Shown here one piece after another: positions 11,675-22,900 of a stretch of 47,744 bases of DNA. A model generated the notes under the pieces. It saw nothing but the letters and a program-made list of their open reading frames with translations, ran no database searches and was not told the origin of the DNA. The stretch is taken from contig FLMG01003682.1 in NCBI GenBank assembly GCA_900088475.1, positions 1-47,744 of the forward strand. Reading direction: 5' to 3'. The stretch is from Hyphochytrium catenoides. Its lineage: Eukaryota > Protista > Hyphochytriomycota. Both the position numbers and the translations under genes were made by a program. The number at the start of each line of letters is the position of its first letter. Position 1 is the first letter of the stretch.

Positions 11675-14094
11675 ATGTATAGAGCGTCAGTGAGGGCGTG
11701 CTTGCCGCTGCACCGGCAGCTGGTGACTCGACAGGCTGCAGGAATCTCTCGTGGTCCTCCTCTGCTGTCTCTTGAAGCTCTATCCTCCTCGAGAACTAAT
11801 GGACATCGGCACATCGGAGCCATGCTCTTCTCTAGCTCCTCCCGACTCGCGGCGCCTCTTTCCTCAGAATCCGACGCACCGCCGGCAGCTACAGAGATGA
11901 CGGCAAACCTAGCTCAGATCTCACAGGACACCACCAGCCTTGTCGAGGCGGCTGCGGCCTCTGCCTCTTCATCTCCACCTGAGTTGACGAACTCTCTTCC
12001 CGATCTCGCGCTGCAACTCTTTGACCTTGTCCACACAACGACAGCGACTCCCTGGTGGCTGTCTCTTGCTATTGGAACTGTCGCTCTTAGAGTTACGCTC
12101 CTGCCTGTCTCGCTGTATGCACTCATCCATAGTAGGAGGCTGCAGGCAATGAAGCCCAAGCTGGAGGTTCTTCAGGCAGAGATCAATCAGAAGATGGCTC
12201 AGATGGCAGATCCTAAGGAGGCAAAAATTTATAGGAGTAAGATGCAGGTAAGAAGAGTTCCAGGACAGTCTTAGAGCCGAAATCTTGAAGAAATTAGACA
12301 GAGACAGAGAGGATTAAGCCGTTTGGCGGACTGTATCCTTTCGTTTGACATTCTTAATGCTCTTACCATTCTCTTGAGCGTTCTCCTGCTCGTGTCTTAC
12401 TCGTGGTAACCTCAGCTCCCTTACTCATCATCTGTCGCTGCCTTGGCTGATCTGTACGCCATCGTCGTAGGACCTTTTCCGTGAGCATAAGACGAATCCT
12501 TTCAAATCCTTCGTGGGCCCAATAGTGCAGGTATGAGACGAGTTGCCGGTCATGGCTATCTGCTCTTTTCATTTCCTCGTCCCTGGTATCCTTTCTCTCT
12601 ATATATATCTCTTTCCACCTTCGAGGGAGGTTGTCCTTATCTTCAGCTTTTACTCTTTGCGCTGGCGTCAGAAAGTTACATCTTTTAGATGCAAAAACTT
12701 GGGACCATCGCCGTCCTAGCCTATAAGTTGCCTATGTATCTTTCGTCTCTTGGTTAACCACTTCGCGCTCTGTCTCTTTCGGATTTCTTTGGTCTGTTCG
12801 TTGGTGTCATCCCTGCATGTTGTCCTCGTTTGACCGTTCTCTTGTCTATCTCTCGGAAAGATGCCAGTATTTATCTCGGTCTTTATGGCTCTGAGGAAAT
12901 CGAGTGAATACTTCCCTGACTTGGCCACACAAGGTGCCCTTTGGTTCCCTGACCTCACTGTCAGCGACCCGTATTATGTTCTGCCCATTATTTCTGCAGC
13001 AAGCATGCTTTTGATCTTTGAGGTAAGGTGCCAAGCAGGAACTCAAACGCCTAACGGTAGGGGACGGCAGGAGGAACATACTGAGACCCACCAAAGGACT
13101 TTGTAGAGAGGCCAAGATAATGTTTGGACAGATGAGGAGGTCCAGCAAGATGTAGCTCATTCTGGTGGGGAGAGAGTGAACTAGCCTTAACATTTGGGCA
13201 AGAGGAGAATGTCAGTGATTGTCTACGGTCGCCCTTGGTGTGGTAAGGGAACTTCAAGCAAAAATGGTTGAGTGCAGTGCTCTGCTAGCAGATAGCATTA
13301 CTGATGGCCATTGTTTCCTTTTGAAGGTTGGAGCTGAGGGACAATCCACGCAACAAATGGGACAGATGAAGAATATAATGAGAGTAATGGCAGTTGCGTC
13401 AGCTCCTCTGACGGCTTGGATGCCAGCGGTAAGCATGCACTCATCCCTCGTCTCTCCTTGTTCCATGTTTGGAAGTCTCTTCCGTTTGGTGGCGGTCTTT
13501 TAATAAATCTCTCTCTCTCCTCTCTGTTTGATTATCGCTCTCAAACAGTCGGTCTTCGTGTACTGGATTACTAGCAATGTCTTTGCTTTGAGCCAGACGG
13601 CTGTATTAAAGATCAAACCAGTGCAGAATTGGCTAGGCGTTCCTGATGCACCCGCCCCTGTAAGTCGTCTCATCTCCCTCTTTGATTATACCCACTCAAA
13701 ATCTGCAAGTTTTCATCCACTCGATTGGCACCAAAGGACTGATCTCTGCTGGCGATGACGTTTGCGTATGACTTCTCTGTAACATATTACGGCTTGAGTG
13801 TTCTCTTTGACTCGGTCATGCTTCATCATGGGATGACTCGGGCTGGCGTGACTTCCATTCTCTTTCCCTTAGCGAGGCCATAAGCATTTGCAAGCCCCTT
13901 GTAGATAGCTGGCTGCTACCGAGGAGGGATTCGTCATCTCTTCTAAGAGCTAATCCAATTACTTCTCAATTTTCCCCTCATAGGCTGGCACTCCTCTGAT
14001 CAAGCCGCAACCGGCGGCTGTACCACAGCCGGAGGTTGTTTCGTACCGTCAGAGACCCCCAAGGTTCAAAAGGAGAGGGGACGGGAACTCCTAA
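11675..14094 (+). CDS. OXA1: Mitochondrial inner-membrane insertase, Oxa1/YidC family; 6 exons (11675-12247, 12471-12530, 12861-13022, 13327-13428, 13549-13659, 13984-14094), ~372 aa
   Basis: All introns GT-AG, phase 0. Arg/Ser-rich presequence-like N-terminus; 'PWWLSLAIGTVALRVTLLP', 'QMPVFISVFMALR', 'GALWFPDLTVSDPYYVLP', 'VFVYWITSNVF'; basic C-terminal tail favours Oxa1 over Cox18. Confidence 0.9.
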
Positions 14095-14148
14095 ATGGCA
14101 ACAACGCTATCTTTGGAAAGCGATCACAGCTATGGCTGTAAGTTTGAG

Positions 14149-15357
14149 CTAAGAATCCCACGAGACTGAATACCTCTCATTTCCCTCCGGGAGGTTCGTG
14201 CCTGTGTCTGCCACAGCAGAGTATGGGGAAAGGTAGTGCTCTATGAGCCTCTCATAGACGGCGAACTTCTTGCGCATAGCATCTCCCTGAATGAGGCGAG
14301 CCAAGAAGAGAAATAAAGAACAAGCACACGGAGTTAGAACATGAGATATAGACATAAAGCGTGCGCAACCTCAAACCTTTGCCTTTGCAGTCTCAGACAT
14401 CCGCTGCAGGGCTTGGACTTTTCTTTCATTCTCTGCTATGAATATCCGGAGTTCGTACTCCCGTCGGGCCTCTTCTTTTTGTAGATGGCTGCGTATAGTC
14501 AGGAGGGCCTGGACAATCTGTAAACAGTGACAACAGCCGGTTGATGGAGGCAAACGGCAGAAATGAAAAGCTTAGTGGGCCACGCAGGTGTGAGAGCTTA
14601 GTGCGTCAGGCACGCAGGTATGAGAGAGCTATAAAGCTCTGTATAGAAAGAGTGTAAGCCAGAGGCATAGGTGCCATCGCCTTTCTTATGGACACTCACA
14701 TCTTCTCCGTTTATCCGGGACCTTGAAAGCTCCTCATTCAAGACCCGCTCACAGTCCTCAGTCAATTGCTGCAGCTCCGGACTTTGGACACTTTGGTGAT
14801 CCCCCTGTGTATAAGCATCTAAGGAGGAGAGTTCTTAAAGCTGGAGGAGGTAATCTCTTACCTCAGGCGAAGTTGATAGGGAGGCACTCTCTGGAGGTGG
14901 CAGAGGTACCTTCATGAGCTCGGTCATCAGCTCTTGAACTTCTGACTCTTCATTGAAGTCTAAGGAAGGAATGATATAAGTAACTACAGCTCATAATAGC
15001 TTCCAGTGTCCTTTCTCCGCATCAATCTTCCCCGTAGCTTTCCTAGTGGTGCAATTGCTTTTCCTTGGAATACCGCCTCTTACCTGCAGACTCTGGAGGC
15101 TCAGTGGCTTCGGGTTTCTTCTTTGTGCTCACAGACCTTAGAGCTTTGTTAGCGTTGGAAACCGTTGTCCGAATGCGTGAGTTCTCTTGTAGCCTCTTAG
15201 AGTTGTTCCAAGCAGGCCGGACCTTTGTCGCGGAAACTGCCGGCCTGTTCTGTCCTCCTGCTTGTGGTGCATTATTGTGAGCAGTAGGAGAGAACGAGTG
15301 GGTTGGCCCAGAAAGCCTAGGTATTCGGCTGCTATGCGGTCTTGTCGAGTTACTCAT
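14149..15357 (-). CDS. Hypothetical protein: low-complexity basic N-terminus, coiled-coil-like C-terminal half, ~5 exons
   Basis: In-frame GT-AG joins: 15357-15084 to 14959.. (DFNEESEVQELMTELMK), then ELQQLTEDCERVLNEELSRSRINGED|IVQALLTIRSHLQKEEARREYELRIFIAENERKVQALQRMSETAKAK|GDAMRKKFAVYERLIEHY...WDS*. One internal junction (~14.81-14.86 kb) is ambiguous. Confidence 0.6.
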
Positions 15358-16298
15358 AATCTCGTCATTTGCTATTTACTGCCCTTCCCTCCGTCTTCTT
15401 TTGTCCTGCCCTTGGCCAGCAGACAGCTTCTCTTCCCGTGTACGTGACATCAAGTAGCGGCATCCACTGTTTAAACTGCTGGGCCTCCTCCAGGTCTGCC
15501 ATCAACAACTAACCGCAATGTAGAGGCGTCTCTTCCTTCGGTGGCAACATGAGCTGTGACCGGGTCGAGGCAGGGAGCAAGGCTCTGCATGCAGTCTTCT
15601 CTATATCGAGCGACGCCTCAAAAATTGCTAGGAGCTTTGTCGACGCGTAAGTGTCGAGCTCATCAACCTCCAGAATTCTGCATGAAAGCTGCTCAACCTA
15701 GAGCGACGATTACTGGATTGTTCTTACTATATTGCCGTTAAAGGCGCTTGTTGAAGGTGGCGGTGCGCGACAAATTCTGGGAGGCCAGGGGTTATTTTGC
15801 TGCTGATAGTCAAGAGAAATCCAATGATCTGTCTCTCTCTCATGCTTCTCGGAATCTATGAAGATTCTTTGTCCCTCTTTAGAGAGACAGGCGAGCCCTT
15901 CTCCCCATCAAATAGACCCTTCTGTAGGTCACGATGCAATGCAACCGCTAAGCTGATTCGATGTTGCTAGCTTCTACTATGATCTCATTCTGTGCTATCC
16001 GTAACGATGGGTAGCCTGAAAGGTTCAAGGTGACTGCACCAACAGGACCCAATCCTCTCTCTTGCGTTTGAAAGAAGATCTAAGACACTTGTACGCAGAT
16101 GGATCTTGATTAACCTGTCTTTGCAGATCTAAAGTGCTTCTTCCATCAAGACTTCAGCCGAGGCTTACTCTCGAATGAATAAATAGTAGAGGCTAACCTG
16201 AGAGGTAAGGGCCCGGCTTCCATCAGCTCTAGCTGGAGGAGGAGGGACAGAAGATGAGCCTGGAAAGACTTGCCACTAATACTAATGATTGCAATTGT

Positions 16299-18418
16299 TC
16301 ACTGGACGCGACAACGGCTTCCTTTCTTGTTACAAAGCCTGAATCCTGCTGGGAAAAGGATTACGATGATCGTCATATTATCCCGACTGCCACGTGTCAA
16401 ACACTCATCCAAAAGCTCCTCGCATATTTCAGGCAGAGACAGCCGATGCTCTGAGACATCAAAAGCTTGAAGTGAGCTTGCCGAAGTGTTGGTGATACTG
16501 TCCTCTCTTGTTCCCCGACGCCCCAAGACCTTTAGGACACCCTCTCTCCCTTCTATAAACTCTGGTCCGGATTGCCACATCCTATTCTTCATCTGTCTCC
16601 TTGGCCTGTGAGTATCATGCCGGATGTGATCCCTCTGCCTCACCTATTAGTCGTGTCCGAATGAAAGCATAGACTTGGTCCGGATTGTACACGTCCCAGA
16701 TGCCATCACAAGCTAAGATAAGGAACTCATCCTTCCGCCTAACCCGAGCTACCATTCGCATGCTTGGCTCGCAAGAAACCTGTGGCGAGGAAAGTGAGAC
16801 AGGTCGAAAAAGTATGGGAAGGAACGAAGAGAAAAGCCTCCGTGACTAGATAACGAGCTGAACCTAGTGGAAACCTTCAATCGCCGGTACCTGCTGTTCT
16901 GCCGCCTTAAGGCTCTTATTTCTCTTAAACCAAAAATCCCCGAAACTTCTGGAAACCTAGAGCGCCGGTTATTGCCTCAGTTTGGAGGCCCCAACACAAG
17001 GAAAAGGAAATGTGAATGGGCACGTACCGCAACTCCACCACCCACTCTTCCTCGTAAAACACTCCCTCCTGCTGAGAGGATTCTAGCCTGTTCCACTGCC
17101 TACAGAACGGCCGAACATTAGATATCTTAGGGGCAGTACTCTGCATTAGGGAGAACGTAGGTAGAGCTCTCATTCAGCGAACAAAACGAGGCCGCATTTA
17201 GCTGGTAGAAGCACGCAAAGATGACCATGAGATAGAAAATATCTTTGTGGAGCAAAGAATGTGGGACGCCAAAGTATCGGAAGTGAGAGTTGGAAGGAGA
17301 GGGCATTGGCAGACAAATACAACTCCACAGACTCTAGGTAGATGAAGAGCCTGATGAACATCAAAAGGACCGGGACAGAATTCCGGGAATGGACAAATGT
17401 GAGTCTAAGGATACTGACATCGGTAGGTTTGTGATCAGTTGTTAGAGCTTCAGCTCTTCCTCCGCGGCAGAGTATGCACCGCGAATCTCCTACGGAGGAT
17501 AGAGGTCAGGACAGTGGGTGAAAATGGCAAACCTACATCAGAGCCGTTTCCCCTAGCAACGCACGTTAGCCAACGCGAAGCCCACCTATATTGGCAGCAT
17601 AAATATGGGTCTTCGAGAGAATAACCACGACCCCGGTCGAGCCCATCTCATCTGCCACATCAGCGATGTCCTCGTTCGCCTTGAGATACTCGTCTGTGTC
17701 GAGGAACCCCTGCTCTATGGCCCTTAAAAGATCTTCAGGCACCTTTACCGGGACGAGGGTACAGCAAGAAAGCCAAGAGGTGAAAGCTAGCCTTGCATAA
17801 AGTTCGAACGCGCAGGTAATACCTTTGCATTCTGGAAGTGCTCACTAGCCTTAATGCGTGTAGCAATAGTCTCAGCTCTGCAGTACCCAAGACCAGAAGA
17901 GGTAGTCAGCAGGTAACAACCTATGTCAAAGATAAGGGAAAAGAGTCTCACACTGCATTGGACACGACTTCGCCCCCGTGACCTGGAGTAGGAGAAGGTT
18001 ACAGACCATCCAAGGGACACCACAGTAATTGAAGGCGACGAGGGTGCAATGACAGTCAGAGAGAGTGATAACCTATATAATGCTGAGGGAAATCTTTACT
18101 TGCCATCAAATATTCCAAAGAGAGACATATTCTTCTTGTCCTGAAAGTCAAGCTGTACCACGTCGGCGTCCTGTTGAGTCATTGAACCATGCGAGATGGG
18201 CGCATTGAGTGAGAGGGCATTGTTGATGGCATCGACGAGATGTCGTATATGATTATGAGTTAGTGGGCAATAGTCCGCGGGAGGCTGGGGCTGGGCAACG
18301 TTCTCACCTCCATATTGGTGCGCCAGCCCTGCATGGAGGAGACCGCCACATGGAGCTTGTCTGCCTTTAACTCTCTCGTCTTCTTTTTTACTATGGGCTC
18401 CTTCAAGAATGACGCCAT
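16299..18418 (-). CDS. PP2C/PPM-family Ser/Thr protein phosphatase (PPM1A/Ptc2-like), ~10 exons
   Basis: Spliced motifs MASFLKEP...SSMQGWRTNMED; FGIFDGHGG; MGSTGVV; AANIGDSRC; TDHKP; VAVSRSFGDF; EFLILACDGIWDV; GSRDNMTIIVI; stop at 16299. Confidence 0.93.
17983..18103 (-). other. GC-AG intron within the PP2C DGHGG motif
   Basis: TTT GAT G|gcaagt ... ctccag|GT CAC GGG GGC restores F-D-G-H-G-G. Confidence 0.88.
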
Positions 18419-18743
18419 AGTAGGTTCAAGGAGGGTCAGCTCTTCATGAGGTAGTGAAGCGCTGTTTAAAGCTCTAGCTGCTACACCCTTGTGACTGAAG
18501 ACATGCTCTTCCAGCTCTTACGAATTGCGGGCTCTGTCGATACATCAAGCCGTCCAGCCAGGCAACCCTACCAGTGACCTATGGTTTGGGAACACCGGTG
18601 GTTCGTAAACAAAGGTTGATAGAGGCCGGCCAAATAGTTGTGTGTCCTCTAGCGCAATTGGCGTGTCCCGCAAGGGTTACTAGCACTTATGGAAGGTATG
18701 CACTGCGGTTGTCCCCTGATGCGTTCCTAGCTTCCGGTCTGTT

Positions 18744-19420
18744 CTACGGCTCCGAATGGTGCTCCACAGCCCCGGCAAGAGACCAAGAAACCAGAGCTTG
18801 GGGCTCATCCCCCGGCTCCCTCAACTTGACATAAATCGGGGTAACGAGTACAGGTGGTAGGTAGTTCCTAGTAGGATCGACCGTGCTGTAGACGTAGAAC
18901 CTCTTCCCATCATCCACCGCCTCCATCAACACCCAACAATGATCATCAAACCTTTCAACTCTATGGAAAGAAACGATCGCGCGGTGATTGCCATGGTAAA
19001 ATACTACCTGTACCTCTGAAATGAAACCAAACAACGAATTTTATGACAAGATTTTCATGGTGCCCTTCCTTTTTGTGGTCAGATCTAACCAGAAATTGTC
19101 AGATAGTGAAAAATAACGGCACAGCGCTGCACTGATTGATTATCAAAGTATAGTAATCCTTTCCTTCGTTCAGAATTTATGCTCCCGTGTATACCTCTTA
19201 CAAAGATGTCACAAGGAATTGATCTAAACACGCAAATTAAACTGTTAAGGAGGCCATTACTGAATGAGGCTGTGAGTTTACTCTTTGAGTGGGTTTGGGG
19301 CTTCTCTGTCTTGGGGCGCCGAGGCCTTTTGTCCCTTTGTCCGCTCTGGTTCCCGCTCTTCGTGCATCGGTTCGCATCATCGCCATCATCATCGCTATCA
19401 GTAGAGCTTCTGACCAGCAA
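18744..19420 (-). CDS. Hypothetical protein (start uncertain): acidic/basic low-complexity stretch followed by a beta-rich globular-looking domain
   Basis: Two ORFs join in phase through intron 19089-19016 (TCT G|gttag...tttcag|AG GTA) giving ...FHYLTISEVQVVFYHGNHRAIVSF...; composition is protein-like. Confidence 0.5.
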
Positions 19421-19937
19421 GCACCAGCAGAACTGGATGATGACGGGGCGGCCTGCTCCATGCAGGAAAAGAGCTCCAACAAAGCAGGCACTTGCCTAGC
19501 TCTCACTGAAGAGTTGGAGGTGATTCTCTACGACATGACCTAGGTCTTCAGGGTTACTGCTTCTCTTTCACTTTACCTTGAAAGTGGCTCCGCCACTCAG
19601 ACCCGGAGTTATCGGGAAGTTCTCAGAGCAGGTACTATGGTCTACGGCTACCTCGTCTGAGTAAGAGCTATGGTTTCAGCACGGCACCTGGGGCCCGAAA
19701 TGGTGCTGCACAAGTCATGTTGTTGCACTCTTACAACAATAGGGCCAGAGTTTACCAAAGGGCAGGGGCTGGAATCGGAGACGATGGCACCTATATCCTG
19801 TGCCACTGAGAACTTCCTAATCTGTGTAGCTTAGTTCAATTCAAAAGCGATGTTGGGGCTGTGATACACTGTGAGGCTTCTTGCCATGCCCTTGCAGAAC
19901 ACTTAGCTTTGTTCCAGAGACTCAGCTAGGTCTTACA

Positions 19938-22900
19938 ATGGTGCTGGGCGAGCAGCTCAAGAAATATATAGACCGCTTCTTGGCGGAGTACGTGGAGGTG
20001 GGTTATGATCTTCGGATTAACCTCTGGAGTTCAGAGAATATTCGATTGGAGGGGGTGAGACTTAGGCAGTCTGTCATCCCCTCATCTCTCCCTTTTGTGC
20101 TCAAAGTCGGCTATATTGGGGAGATCAGTGGGTACATTCCCTTAGCAACGCTAGGCAATACACCAGCTCGCCTAACGTTCGCAGACGTGCTTATCGTTGT
20201 GGGCCCATTAAGTGAGAAGGATCGCAACGAGGCTCACGCTTTCGAAAACTTAGAGAAGGAGAAGCTTCAAAAGCTGGATGAGGATTTGGAAGTCAGACTT
20301 CGCGGCATTCCCCAAGATACCACCGAGACGGCGGGCTACTTTGGTGTCGATGGTTATGTAGGCCGCCTCATAACAAGGGTGATCGACAACCTGCAGATCA
20401 AGATCAAAAACCTGCACATCCGTTTCGAGGGCGAATGCGATGCTGCATGGATGCCGCGTCAGTCTGGCAAGTTTGCTGTTGGTGTTAGCCTTGAGGAGCT
20501 TTACGCTGAGACAACCGGGCCCAGCTGGACGTCTCAAGGTTGGAATCTTGAGACAGCGACTGAGCGAAACGTAGTCTTTAAGCTTATCCAGTTCATAGAT
20601 CTCTCGCTCTATATCGACCCAGGAGGACTTCACCTCATCCACTCAAGTGTGCACAAGAAAATCATAGATGTGACGCTTGCCCGTCTAAAAGTCATGGGAG
20701 AGGCCAACGTGGGGTCTCAGTGGTGGCTAGAAAGCGAAGATGTGCATCGCCATCGCTTCTCGCTGGCGCCTGTCTCTGGCAGCATTAAGCTTACCCTAAA
20801 CACTGCTTCGTCCCAAGCGGAAAATGGCCGCCCTCGTTATGATGCTGTCCTGGAGGTTTCCAGACTTATTCTCTCAGTTGATGAGCAGCAGATAGCCCTC
20901 CTGATGAACCTTGTGGGCGTGGTAGACGAGTATTCGCGCTGGCTAGATAGCATTGATACGGATTACCAAGCTCGCTGTGAGGCCTTTCTCCGTTCGAAGG
21001 TTGAACATGGGCAGGAATACGAAGCGCTTCAGCAGCAATATGCAGAATTGTGGGAGCGCTTCGCCGTAGCCGCGAAGAAGGCGTCCTCTCAGCGCGGTTC
21101 GTTAGACCTTGCAGCAATGAAAAAGAGCCCAGACTATAATGAGATCGCACGACTAGAAAGAGATCTTCCGCTGAAAGCCATTATTCGCCTTAGGAATCAG
21201 GCGTCCTCAAATCTCAACCTTGTGGAATCAGCCTTCAATGCCAATGCTGGACTGCTCTCCGAGATAGGAGACGCGTTTGGGGTCCCACATCCTGAAGTCA
21301 AGATAGTCTACGCGGACGGGAATGTCGGTCTGAAGCTGATGCATGGCACAAAAGACCCAAAGGAGATAGTGGTGCAAAGGTGCATAAGCGGGGGGCAGAG
21401 TGAGGCTTTGGGTCTCGTGAAGCCCGGTTATATTCTTGTCCGTGTCAACGGGATCCCGGTACTAGGCAAGACTATTGAAGAGGTTTACTCCATGATTCAC
21501 GAAGCTTCCTTTCCCCGCGTCCTAACATTCAACCTTCCAGCCCTTCACGCAACCACAAAGATGAACCCGAGCTTGGTGGTTTCTCGCATAAAAATAAGGG
21601 CAGAGAGGTTAGCGCTATGGTTCTGCAATGGCAAGGAGAGAGCCGTGATAGCTTCAATGATGAGCAAAGACTGGGAGACAGTCATTGCGGGCCACGGACC
21701 AGGATTATTTTCCTACGATAACTTCGCTATATCATGTGAGACGTTCTTCGTGGAAGAGAGCTGTCAGGATCCGGGATTGAATCACTGCATAGTATCTTCG
21801 ATAGAAGATCGTCCTCGAGAACAACTGAGCCGTGCTCTAGACATTGCAATCAACCTGATCGACAGGAACCATCCTGACTGCAACGGATCTACGCAGGATC
21901 AATACTCAGAAGACTATTCAGCGCACTTTGGCAGGCTTCAGTTTGTCATTCACGGCGAACGGCTCCGCCTCTTGTTGGATGCCGTAGGAAATTTCATAGA
22001 TATCGGCTTCTATGCGGCAGGGAGGCGGAGTCCTAGCCCACGTCAAACCTCTAGTGCTGAAGATTCACAAGCTCAGGATGCAGTCTCCCCTACCTCTACT
22101 TCCTCTCTTACCGCTCCTCCCCAGATTGACCCAAAGCTGCAAACACACCTCCTCACAGCGAATGTGTCCTTTGAGCATCTGAGACTATGTTTTGCGGAGG
22201 AAACGGACGCTCAGTATGCTCCAGTTCGTGACGTGAAGAAGTCTTTAGGCTACAAGGTAGCCAGCTATCTGGGTCCTGTCCACATGAATATGTTAGACGG
22301 AAGGCGAGTCGGCTCCCATGTGCCAACACTCTTCATTGAGGCCTCTCGCAAAGCCGAAGCCGTTAGAGGGATTATAAAACTTCAGGCACTTTACAGGCGG
22401 CATGTAGCCCGCAGAATCGTTAGAGCGCACCGCGCCCTGGCGTGTAAGAGCAGGCGCTTTGGTTGGCTTTACGTGCGTGATGATAGTCTGACATTTAGGC
22501 GATGGAAGCGATGTTATTGCTTTCTAGTCAAAAAAGTGGAGCGCATCGAGGAAGTAGAAGGAAGAGGGGCAGAAGAAGAGGCAGGGCTGGAACCCACTAC
22601 CCCAAAAGAGTTCTGCCTCTATATCTATTTCGATGGGACCTGCCAACAGCTCTATAGGAGGATTGATCTTCTGAACCTGAAAACAGTGGACCTAGCCCCT
22701 CGATGTCGGGGCCCTAAGGTAACTTCAAGCTTTCCCTGTGGCGAAACGTTCTTGATCGAGACATCCACCAACCGCCTGATGTGTGCCGACGACAGTGTGG
22801 AGGACGTAAACAGCTGGATAGCTAGCATCAAGGATGATCTAAACCTTTCTCTGCCACTCGTCTCTGCGTCCCTTAATCCGACCATCACTCCGGAAAAGGA

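Noticed and set aside
10897-11682. 261-aa and 228-aa SLSLSK repeat ORFs
   Set aside because: Products of the CAAAA(TC)n minisatellite with no coding signal.
14570-14632. Short imperfect tandem repeat (agcttagtg..cacgcaggt.tgagag)
   Set aside because: Intronic slippage-type duplication with no sign of function.
19881-19937. Upstream TTG start given for the 1168-aa ORF
   Set aside because: The chorein-N domain begins at ATG 19938; a non-AUG start is unnecessary in a eukaryotic gene.
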